DNA from: Candidatus Hadarchaeota archaeon
Lineage (GTDB): Archaea; CAYQAE01; CAYVLA01
Assembly (NCBI GenBank): GCA_964621445.1
Contig: CAZUNO010000007.1
Location: forward strand, 1 to 64,000
Direction of reading: 5' to 3'
DNA: 64,000 nt
Shown here: positions 51,059 to 59,756 of the stretch, one piece after another
How the letters are laid out: the number at the start of each line of letters is the position of its first letter
How positions within the stretch are numbered: the first letter of the stretch is position 1
Notes under the pieces: generated by a model
Told to the model about the DNA's origin: nothing
The model's input: only the letters and a program-made list of their open reading frames with translations
Database searches by the model: none
Made by a program: the position numbers and the translations under genes

Positions 51059-52138
51059 CTACCCCAGCGCTTCATTCAATGCTTCTAACAGGATCCCGTT
51101 CTGGTCCGGAGTACCGATTGTAACCCTTATGAACTGACCCTCCAGCCCCTGAACCCCCTGAAGGTCTCTTACCAATACTCCTCGATTAGCGAGTTCGTTG
51201 ACCAGGTTTGGGATTCGGGGATCGACCCTGATCATCAAGAAATTCGCTTCCGAGGGCAGGGGAAATAACCCTTCCATCCTAGATACCTCGGAAAATACCT
51301 CCAGGCGATTCTTCCTGATTCTCTCCCATATCATGGAGTAATACGGTGAGCAGGACAGAGCCGATATTGCGGCCGAAGCTGAAAGTTTACTCACGCTAAA
51401 GGGGTTCCGGGACTTGCGCATCTTGGAGATCAAGGATTCATGACCGACCGCGTATCCAACACGAAGTCCTGCCAGGCCAAAGGACTTGGACATCGATCTG
51501 GCTATAATGAGATTCGGGTGTTGATCAAGGATGTCAAGTGCAGAGCAACCGGAGAATTCGGCGTACGCCTCGTCGAGGAACACAATTCCATCGGAGTTCT
51601 CGACTATCTCTATCAATTCATGCCGCTCTATTGCCCTTCCAGTTGGATTATTGGGCGAGCAGAGAAAAGTGATTTTTGATCTCTCTCCTCCGGAAATTAG
51701 GTCACCCGACCTAACGCTATATTCCCTGTCTTCCGTGCTCGCGAAGAATATCTGGGCCTCCCTGAGCATGGACATCAGGATGTACAGGCTGTAGGAGGGA
51801 ACCGGAATTATTATCCTGTCAAAAGGTTCCACAAAGACCTTGCAGACGATATCGATGATCTCGGTGCAGCCGCCGGCCACAGCTATATTTTCCTTTGGGA
51901 AACCGATGTGTTTGCCTATCGCGGTCCTCAGATGAACATAATCAGGGTGAGGATAGCGATTTATTCTAGGTATTTCTTCGAAAATTGCCTGTTGGACCGC
52001 CGGAGCTGGAGGGTAGGGACTCTCATTTGATGCCAAGTTGACTACATGTTCGGGATCAAGACCGAATAGGCGATGGACATCCCCAGGGAACAGGCCAGGG
52101 TCGTAGGGCTCTATGTAATCAATTACATCTCTATGCAT
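51059..52138 (-). CDS. hisC: Histidinol-phosphate aminotransferase-like PLP enzyme (HisC/CobD family)
   Basis: LASNESP, NRYP, CSPNNPTG, DEAYAEF, RSMSKSFGLAGLRVGY and PSEANF. Confidence 0.82.
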   Translation of the reverse strand: MHRDVIDYIEPYDPGLFPGDVHRLFGLDPEHVVNLASNESPYPPAPAVQQAIFEEIPRINRYPHPDYVHLRTAIGKHIGFPKENIAVAGGCTEIIDIVCKVFVEPFDRIIIPVPSYSLYILMSMLREAQIFFASTEDREYSVRSGDLISGGERSKITFLCSPNNPTGRAIERHELIEIVENSDGIVFLDEAYAEFSGCSALDILDQHPNLIIARSMSKSFGLAGLRVGYAVGHESLISKMRKSRNPFSVSKLSASAAISALSCSPYYSMIWERIRKNRLEVFSEVSRMEGLFPLPSEANFLMIRVDPRIPNLVNELANRGVLVRDLQGVQGLEGQFIRVTIGTPDQNGILLEALNEALG

Positions 52139-52142
52139 GTAT

Positions 52143-52460
52143 CTAGAGCCCTTCCATCATATTTCCAAGTCTTTCAAGGCGCTTGCTGACCTCATCTATG
52201 GTTGTGTCCTTGCCGGGCTTCTCGGCAACTCCGGCCTGGGACCAGAACAGCCTGGCGATTATCAGCATTAGCTTGCCCGCGTAACCAGGTGCGTGAGGGA
52301 GGATATCAGCCGCAAGATCTCCAAATTCCTCAAGGACATCATCATCCATCTCTTTGACCATGGTGCTGGCCTTTCCCAGAAGAGAGATTGCATTTCCCAG
52401 AACCTTTTCCCTCTTCACATATGCTTTGGCAGCATCGCTCGTTACTCTATGTACACCCAT
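52143..52460 (-). CDS. Hypothetical 105-aa helical protein co-transcribed with glnA
   Basis: Starts 9 bp after the glnA stop, with a GAGGTGA RBS; no recognised domain. Confidence 0.7.
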   Translation of the reverse strand: MGVHRVTSDAAKAYVKREKVLGNAISLLGKASTMVKEMDDDVLEEFGDLAADILPHAPGYAGKLMLIIARLFWSQAGVAEKPGKDTTIDEVSKRLERLGNMMEGL

Positions 52461-52469
52461 TCTATCACC

Positions 52470-53933
52470 TCAGTAATCCATATACTTCATTATCTCCCAC
52501 GGCGTTACGTAGAGACAATATTGATTCCACTCATCGATCTTGAGACCAACAAATTGTTCGAATATGTGATCCCCGAGAAGGTCCAAGAGGACTTGATCCG
52601 TGCTCAGATGATCGATGGCGTCTCTCAAGGTGGTCGGTAGCTCTCCCACGCCGTGTTCCTCCTTCTCAGCTGCGGACAGTCCATACATGTCCGTACGTAG
52701 GGGGTCTCCAGGCTCTATCTTGTTCTTAATTCCGTCCAGCCCGGCCGCCAGCATTGCCCCGAAAGCAACGTACGGGTTGCAGGTTGGGTCTGCGGCCCTG
52801 TACTCACAACGTATGGCTCCCGGGCTGCTAAAGTATAGAGGTACCCTGATGAGGGCGCTCCTGTTCCTGGGGCTCCAGCTGATGTTAATTGGGGCCTCGA
52901 ACCCCGGGACCAATCTCTTGTAGCTATTCACGGTCGGGCAGCAGAGAGCGGTAAGGGCCTTTGAGTGTTCAATTAGCCCGCCGATGTAGTATCTGGCCGT
53001 CTGACTCAGGTTGTAATCCTCGTCAGGATCGTAGAAGACATTCTCGCCCTTGAAGGGCTCACCTTTCCAGAGGCTCTGGTGGGTATGCATTCCGCTGGCA
53101 TTATCCAGGTAAATTGGCTTGGGCATGAAGGTGGAGACCCATCCATACCTATCGGCCACGTTCTTGGCAGCGAATTTGTAGGTGTAGAAGGCGTCCCCGC
53201 ATTCGACGAGCGTCTTAGCTTTGTAATTAAGTTCGACCTGACCGGAGGTCGCAACCTCGTGGTGATGGTACTCTATATTGACATCCATGCTTTCGAGATA
53301 TGAGGCCAGTTCGTTTCTATAATCATTAGTAGTATCTTCGGGAGGCGCACGAAAGTATGCCTCCTTGGGTCTCAGAGGAACCTTCCCGGTCGTCGTCTCG
53401 GGTGACCGGGGGACCACCCTGGGGGGACCCCAGGAATCTCCCTTTCCACCATTTGGGGATACGAAGGGATCGTATACCAGGTTCGTTGGATCTATGCTTT
53501 CAAAGACAAAGAACTCAATTTCTGGGCCAAAAACCGCAGAATAGCCCATCGATTCGGCCATCTCCACCGCCTTTCTACCAACGTAACCACGTGGGTCAAC
53601 CTCGGATGGATTTCCATCGCTGCTTTCACCAAAGGCCTCGAATATGTCCCCGAAGACCATTACCGAGCGTTGAACTGGTTCCTCGATCCAGGGAATGTAC
53701 CTTAAACTGGATGTATCAGGTACCCAAACCATATCGCTACTTTCTATGGACTTAAATCCGCGAATCGATGAGCCATCGAATCCTACACCTTCCGTGGCAT
53801 CTCCTTTTATGAACTCCCTAACCGGTATGGTGAAGCTCTGGAGTATACCCCTCAGATCGCTAAACATGCACATGACGTTCTTGGCCTGAGAGTTCTCTAT
53901 TAGCTCGAGGAAGTTGTCCTTCTCCATACACAT
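52470..53933 (-). CDS. glnA: Glutamine synthetase type I
   Basis: FDGSSI.GF, GPEIEFF, HHHEVA, TFMPKP...NASGMHTHQSL, NSYKRLVPGFEAP and NRSALIR. Confidence 0.96.
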   Translation of the reverse strand: MCMEKDNFLELIENSQAKNVMCMFSDLRGILQSFTIPVREFIKGDATEGVGFDGSSIRGFKSIESSDMVWVPDTSSLRYIPWIEEPVQRSVMVFGDIFEAFGESSDGNPSEVDPRGYVGRKAVEMAESMGYSAVFGPEIEFFVFESIDPTNLVYDPFVSPNGGKGDSWGPPRVVPRSPETTTGKVPLRPKEAYFRAPPEDTTNDYRNELASYLESMDVNIEYHHHEVATSGQVELNYKAKTLVECGDAFYTYKFAAKNVADRYGWVSTFMPKPIYLDNASGMHTHQSLWKGEPFKGENVFYDPDEDYNLSQTARYYIGGLIEHSKALTALCCPTVNSYKRLVPGFEAPINISWSPRNRSALIRVPLYFSSPGAIRCEYRAADPTCNPYVAFGAMLAAGLDGIKNKIEPGDPLRTDMYGLSAAEKEEHGVGELPTTLRDAIDHLSTDQVLLDLLGDHIFEQFVGLKIDEWNQYCLYVTPWEIMKYMDY

Positions 53934-53980
53934 CGCCAGGTACTGTTACAATAGATCTAAGAAAAGTATTGACCAATGAG

Positions 53981-54008
53981 AATACGTATTCATACAACGA
54001 ATACGTAT
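53981..54008. promoter_or_regulatory. Paired ATACGTAT palindromes (19-bp period) upstream of glnA
   Basis: AATACGTATT at 53981-53990 and ATACGTAT at 54001-54008. Confidence 0.75.
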
Positions 54009-54116
54009 AGCAATTCCAGGTTATTATCCCTAATCCCTGTGGTTGGTTGCACGATAATGTGGAAATCATACAAGATTTTTATCGAATAGGATTCGTCATA
54101 TGGACGGGAAAGGGCC

Positions 54117-55358
54117 TTGAGGGCGAAGACACCGATCGTTTTGATGTGCATTATCCTTTTTTTATCATCACAGTGCCAGGGACAAGGGGATCAGAGAAAG
54201 ATAGAGGTCCTTGTATTGAGCAAGGCAAACGTCGTTCAGACCCTGTCGGCCTGGTTCAATGCGGAGCCTTCAATAGATTTCTCTATCGTGGTCACCCGGG
54301 TTTACGGCGAGGTGACGAGGGAAGATATCAGGAGGTACATGAGGCTCTATTTCCCCAGGTCCTACCAAGCCCTGAATTCCTATGATTTCTACTACCTTGC
54401 CCAGACCGATATGACATTCCTTTCCCCCAAGCAGGAGAAATGGATCTATGATGCTATTACTGGGGGATCGAAGGGCGGTGTCAATACCAGGAGCGTCATG
54501 AGCACCCATGACTGGTTCAATGTACCCTGGGCGGATAGCGTGGTGTCAGAGGCTTTTCCGAATAACGCGGATACAGTTGTGTCCGATGAAGCGCATCAGC
54601 AGGCACCTCCCGGTCCTCTGGTGATCAAGGACGACCCTGAATTACCGGCGATAATGAAACCATATAAGGAGCCGCTGGAAGGGATCTTTACCAACCTGGA
54701 AGGCCTAAACACCATACCCAAGCCCGGGTCTGTCATCCTTTCCTACGTCAGGAATAACCAGGGGCAAGGACACCCCATTCCGGGACAGGTTGCCCACATA
54801 TTTTACTGGAAATGGAACAATTCAATCACCTTCACCTTTCAGGATCAACCCGTCCATCTTTTCTGGAATCAACCAGGCTCCACACTGCACAACCCCTACA
54901 CCATTGATATAACGGCAAATGTGATCTGGTTCGCAACCGGCCGTGAGCTTCCAGATGACCCCTTAAGGGTTCACGATTTCAGGCGGGACCTCTATGACTT
55001 TAACATCGGGAAGTCCCTGCTGGTGAGCCTTCTGGACTTTGCCGAGAAGTTCGGGGCCAATCCCGCTCCGATGTATCGGGATCTTGACGAGGTTCAGGGG
55101 TTGAGAGCTCAAGCCAAGGATCATTACCTGGAGGGAAGATTCGATCATGCCTACCAGTCAATGAAGGAAGCAAACAGTGCCCTGGAGTCCCTGGAGGAAA
55201 AGGCAGCCAATCTGAAGGACCGTGCCCTGCTCTGGGTATATATCGTGGAGTGGCTCAGCATCACCGGGGCCCTTCTGGTAGCCGGGTTCGTGGTGTGGAC
55301 CCTGATGGTTAGAAGAACCCTGTACAGGGAGGTATCGGCAACCCGAACCTTTGATTAG
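54117..55358 (+). CDS. Surface-protein family X paralog 6
   Basis: Signal peptide, MRLYFPR, FAEKFGA, and KDRALLWVYIVEW...VWTLMVRRTLYREV. Confidence 0.8.
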   Translation: MRAKTPIVLMCIILFLSSQCQGQGDQRKIEVLVLSKANVVQTLSAWFNAEPSIDFSIVVTRVYGEVTREDIRRYMRLYFPRSYQALNSYDFYYLAQTDMTFLSPKQEKWIYDAITGGSKGGVNTRSVMSTHDWFNVPWADSVVSEAFPNNADTVVSDEAHQQAPPGPLVIKDDPELPAIMKPYKEPLEGIFTNLEGLNTIPKPGSVILSYVRNNQGQGHPIPGQVAHIFYWKWNNSITFTFQDQPVHLFWNQPGSTLHNPYTIDITANVIWFATGRELPDDPLRVHDFRRDLYDFNIGKSLLVSLLDFAEKFGANPAPMYRDLDEVQGLRAQAKDHYLEGRFDHAYQSMKEANSALESLEEKAANLKDRALLWVYIVEWLSITGALLVAGFVVWTLMVRRTLYREVSATRTFD

Positions 55359-56599
55359 TTTCGGGGAAGCTTCCCGGCTTCCCGAACGTAGCTAACAGCT
55401 TTGCGCAAGAGGGCCGGGTCCACTCCGACATAGGTCTCTCCGCCTATTGCTACCTGATAGCCTCCCCCGATACCGCCAAGTTCAATGCAATTGTCCAGCT
55501 TGGAACGCACGTGATCGAAGGAAGTGCCCTCGTAGAAATCCTTGCAGTTCAGCCCCCCGGAAAAGTTGACCTTACCCTTTAGGCTCTGTACCGCCTTCTC
55601 CAGCGAACTGAACCCTCCTATATCCATATCCGTTAGCTTGACTTCATTGGCCAAAATGTCGAAGAGATGGTCATTGGGGCCGTCTCCGTGGAGTCTTCTC
55701 CCCTTTGGGCCGAACCTTTCATACATTCTCATTACATAAGGCATCTCGAATTCCCTGTATTGTTCGGGCTTCAGCATCAGCATGTGATCGTCTGCCAGGC
55801 CGAATTTCTCCTTTCTTTTCCCCTCAACCTTCTCCTCATATTCATGGAGTCGTATCTTTTCCTCCGCCAGTTTATTGAAAAACCTGTGTATCAGGTCCGG
55901 ATCGGTGTACATCAACTTTATGACCGTTTTTGGCTCCATCAGAGCGCAGGAGGCAGAGAGGGGGGGATGTATACCTATTCCAGCACCCGCGGAAATGTTC
56001 CCACCCGCGTCCTCAACCCTCTCCTTTGCCTTCCGGTCCAGCTCCCTGACATATTCCAGGCCCGGGTGCTCCTCGGGGTGTGGTATCTCGGTGTTGATGA
56101 ACCGTTCCACGTCATCCTTGGTTTCCAGCTGGCGCACTATCCATGGGGAGGTGTCATCGTGGTACTCAATCTTGAAGCCGAACAATACACCTTCGCCTAC
56201 AGGTCCCAGTTCAGTGCGGAGGCTACACCCCGTGCGATCGTCCTTTAGCCTTTCAAAGGACCATCGGTGCCCTTGCAGCTGGATTTTGAAATCCAGGTCC
56301 ATATTGGAGTAGTAGTCCCGGAGGTCCGCGTTGGATTTATACTGGCCATCATTAAGCTTACAGAAATAGCTCCCGGAAACGCTGATCTTGATGGGAACCG
56401 AATCCGGGGACTCGAATCTCTTACTCATTTCTATCCTTCGGCGGGAGTCCTCGATCTGTTCCTGGTAGTCCTCGATATCGAACTCCCGAATCATGTCCTC
56501 GACTTTCTGGGGTTGAACGATCTCCCTGGATTGCTGCTTCTTCTGGTACTTGATCCATTCCTCTACATTCTCGGATGGAAAAGGTATTTTTTCGCTCAA
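55355..56599 (-). CDS. Uroporphyrinogen decarboxylase/MtaA-family TIM-barrel protein
   Basis: C-terminal half M..DPDLIH...ADD.....PEQYREF.MPY....Y.....R.LH.DG. TTG start after a GAGGTGA RBS. Confidence 0.65.
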   Translation of the reverse strand: MSEKIPFPSENVEEWIKYQKKQQSREIVQPQKVEDMIREFDIEDYQEQIEDSRRRIEMSKRFESPDSVPIKISVSGSYFCKLNDGQYKSNADLRDYYSNMDLDFKIQLQGHRWSFERLKDDRTGCSLRTELGPVGEGVLFGFKIEYHDDTSPWIVRQLETKDDVERFINTEIPHPEEHPGLEYVRELDRKAKERVEDAGGNISAGAGIGIHPPLSASCALMEPKTVIKLMYTDPDLIHRFFNKLAEEKIRLHEYEEKVEGKRKEKFGLADDHMLMLKPEQYREFEMPYVMRMYERFGPKGRRLHGDGPNDHLFDILANEVKLTDMDIGGFSSLEKAVQSLKGKVNFSGGLNCKDFYEGTSFDHVRSKLDNCIELGGIGGGYQVAIGGETYVGVDPALLRKAVSYVREAGKLPRN

Positions 56600-56784
56600 G
56601 ATTCTCACCTCACCCTGGTGGTGGGTTGTGCAAAAATGTATCGCCAATCTACTATTACTTGGATGAATTGGTTGCCGATCCGTCCTACTCTTAACTGGTC
56701 GTTTTTTGCCTTAAGAACCAGGAGAATTTAAGTAAAATCATTAGGATTGCTAAAGTGGATAGAAGAGGGGGTTCGCTCACCGCG

Positions 56785-58157
56785 CTATTCCATTGCTCGA
56801 AACCTCTCCAAAGATATTCCCTGCCCCCTGCCCTTAACAAGATCGCCCTTGGAAAACTCATTGTTGGCGGAGGCGATGCTTTTCATTGCTATCAGCGGAA
56901 GGGAGCTGTTCCTGGGAGACCTCTCCGCCTGTTGATACATTGGCCATATTACATCCATCAACCTCTGGTAGGACCTCTCCCTAAGTAGGATTAGATCCTC
57001 CCTTGCCTCTTGGATAAGTCCTCCGGGGAACTTTTCCCTGCACAGATCGAGCCCCTCAGCAGTATGGTTCAATGCACCGAGGGATAGGCGAATATCAATT
57101 TCCACAAGGTCCTCAAGTTCCTTGAAAAGGGAATGGCAGTGGGTTCTGGGAATATCTCCCTCATCGAGGCCGAAGAGGAGGCAGGGAAGATCTTCGGGGT
57201 ATATTATTGGACGATCAAGGGTCTCTGTGGTCAGGTTTGCTCCTACATATCCGATTTCCGTGCGATTGGTCATTATCTCCAGCTTTCCATCCAGGCGGTG
57301 TAGAAGCCGGGGATGAGGACGCCGTTGAGATGGTGGTCCTCCCATTGCTCTTTCATTCTCGACATGTAGTCTCTGTCATATCCCGGGTAGGTTTCCTCGG
57401 TCCAGGAAGTGATGGGGGCCAGCGATGAGTTAAACCCCTCGAGAATGCTCCATATGAGCCAGGAGTCCTTATGCCATAGAATCCCCAGGGAAAGGTTTGG
57501 GTTGATTGCATGAACCTTCCTCTCGGTTTCATCGGCCATTGAACGCACCTTATGGGCCTGCCATTTCTCGTACTGGGAAACGAGCCCCCTCTGGGCAAGA
57601 TAGGGATGGCGTTCCCTGGGTATCAGGGAAGGGAAATTTCCACCGGTTTCATTTCCGAATTTGTAAAATGAACTCTCATCATAGGTATAGGAACCAGTTG
57701 GCCACTTGGCAGTTGATCTATAGGGCTCCATGTAAATCACGATTCCCCAGATCGGGTATTGTAGCGAAAGGTTGGCAAGGAAAAGCAAACCCTGTTCAAT
57801 GTGCTTGGACCAGTATTTCTGGTCAAGGGGGGATGTAGTCCTGGGCTCTTGGTTCCCATGCCTATTCATGGCCCGAACATATTCGAAATCTACCTCCGCG
57901 GCATCGTAGTACTGACCCGCGATGAATAGGATACCGTTCTACTGGGCTGCCATGCTTTCATTGCCGTAGGTGTTAAGTATCCAATCTCTTCCCCAATCCC
58001 AATCACCCTGGCGATATCTGGCGTCTAATCCGACGCTTGCCGCTTCGGATGCGTTCCAGGGGCTGTATATGGCGCGGACGAAGGGAAGCTGTTGGGCACT
58101 GCAAGGAACCAGGAATACGAGTACCATTATGAGAAGAAGTGGGATGGGGTGACGCAT
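56785..58157 (-). pseudogene. Disrupted secreted protein (in-frame TAG at 57939-57941 and frameshift near 57280)
   Basis: The signal-peptide ORF 57939-58157 continues in frame past the TAG into 57273-57869, then shifts frame (WMESW / EIMTNR) into 56785-57345. Confidence 0.62.
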
Positions 58158-58204
58158 GCAGCCCGGGAATACCGTGGATTGAAATCTCTCTCGTTATGAA
58201 TCCA

Positions 58205-59605
58205 TCATTCCATACTTCCAAATGCGTTCTGTACAACCTCGGTCAGTGAGGGGTGTATGTGCATCGAGTTCAATATGTTCATTGCATTGCCTTCAGGGCA
58301 GTTCATGACGTTTACGGCTTCCTGTACCATGACCGGGGCGCAGTGCCCGATAACGTGACAGCCCAGGATCTCCAGGTCCTCGTCATCCACGATGATCTTG
58401 GCAAAACCGGGTGGCTCGCCCATGGCTGACCCCTTGGCCGTGTCGGCATAGTCCCACCTACCGACCATTATCTTCCTCCCCTGCTTGCGCGCCTGCTTCT
58501 CGGTTAGTCCTACAGAACCTATCTGGGGATGGGTGTAAACCGCGTGGGGAACGGCGGACCAATCGACCTTCATCTTTCCGTGTCCATGTTCCTGGTCATC
58601 GTGCAGGGTTTGATGAGCGTTATTCCAGGCCACCTCCGCCTCATAATTGGCGGCATGCCTGTACATGTGGACCCCCAATGCGTCCCCAAAAGCCCATATG
58701 TTCTCCTTAGTTGTCTCCAGGTATTCGTTCACCTTGATGTACCCCCTTTCATCGGTCTCGACCCCGGTTTCCTCCGGGTGCAGTAGGTCACTATTTGAAA
58801 CCCTGCCGGCAGCCACCAGGATTTGGTCTCCCTCGATCTCGATCTGTTCATCCCTGTTCAGATTCCTGGCAACGATCTTTTTCTTACCCCCGTTCTGACT
58901 TACCTCCTCTACCTTGTGTTCGGTGAGCACCTGCATTTGATCCATCATGCTCTCCTGGAGGAGCCTGGATATCTCGGGCTCCTCGTTGGTCATTAGCGTT
59001 GATTCCTGTTCCAGTACGGTAACCTGGGAACCAACTGCAGAGAAGAAGTGGGCAAACTCACACCCCACGTAACCCCCGCCGATGATCAGTATTCTCTCGG
59101 GTTTCTCCTCTAACCCGAATATGGTGTCATTGGTATGATAATCAACATCCTCAATCCCCTCGATATTTGGGATTCTCGGGCGAGCGCCAGAAGCGATGAA
59201 GATCATTTCCCCCTTTATCTTGTCCCCGCCCACCTCGATGGTATAGTCCCCCACGAATTCCCCGGTGTCCTTGTACCAGTTGATCTTGGGATGATGATCG
59301 GCGGAGTGTTCCAATTCCTCCCTCTCCCCCCGTACGTGATTTCTCGTTCTCTCCATTATAGACTTGAAATCCACGGAATCTATACTGGCGTTCACCCCAA
59401 TCTTCTCGGCTTCCTGTGCCATACGTATTACGTCGGCCGGAAAAATTAGCATCTTTGAGGGAATGCAGCCCCGGTTGAGGCACAAACCACCCCAGAGACC
59501 GTGTTCCACTACGGCAATTTTGAGCCCGTGATTTATGGCCCTGGCCCCGACATTCATTCCCGACCCGGATCCCACGATGAGAACATCAAATTTCTTCTCG
59601 AACAT
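58205..59605 (-). CDS. Dihydrolipoamide dehydrogenase-family disulfide oxidoreductase (mycothione reductase-like)
   Basis: GSGSG, GGLCLNRGCIPSK, GGGYVG.E and HIHPSLTEV. Confidence 0.88.
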   Translation of the reverse strand: MFEKKFDVLIVGSGSGMNVGARAINHGLKIAVVEHGLWGGLCLNRGCIPSKMLIFPADVIRMAQEAEKIGVNASIDSVDFKSIMERTRNHVRGEREELEHSADHHPKINWYKDTGEFVGDYTIEVGGDKIKGEMIFIASGARPRIPNIEGIEDVDYHTNDTIFGLEEKPERILIIGGGYVGCEFAHFFSAVGSQVTVLEQESTLMTNEEPEISRLLQESMMDQMQVLTEHKVEEVSQNGGKKKIVARNLNRDEQIEIEGDQILVAAGRVSNSDLLHPEETGVETDERGYIKVNEYLETTKENIWAFGDALGVHMYRHAANYEAEVAWNNAHQTLHDDQEHGHGKMKVDWSAVPHAVYTHPQIGSVGLTEKQARKQGRKIMVGRWDYADTAKGSAMGEPPGFAKIIVDDEDLEILGCHVIGHCAPVMVQEAVNVMNCPEGNAMNILNSMHIHPSLTEVVQNAFGSME

Positions 59606-59756
59606 GTAAGTCGGGTAGTCGAGTTATCCAATCCCTGATAAGTCATTCTCAAAACGCCTTGAATTGTAGTCCACTGCTACGACCAGCAGGGGGAATGAAT
59701 CGGCTACGGCATAGTGAAAGGGGAACAGTTTAAGTTCCATCCCCTGAAGACCTGAG

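Noticed and set aside
15008-55358. Family X diversification by a diversity-generating retroelement or recombinational cassette switching
   Set aside because: No reverse transcriptase, recombinase or near-identical template/variable repeat pair was seen. The paralogs are diverged along their whole length.
57939-57941. In-frame TAG as possible pyrrolysine or readthrough codon
   Set aside because: The same gene also has a frameshift, TAG ends many normal genes here, and no pyl genes are visible.
59421-59428. Isolated ATACGTAT (and a near match at ~30064)
   Set aside because: Single copies inside coding sequence with no 19-bp partner; treated as background.
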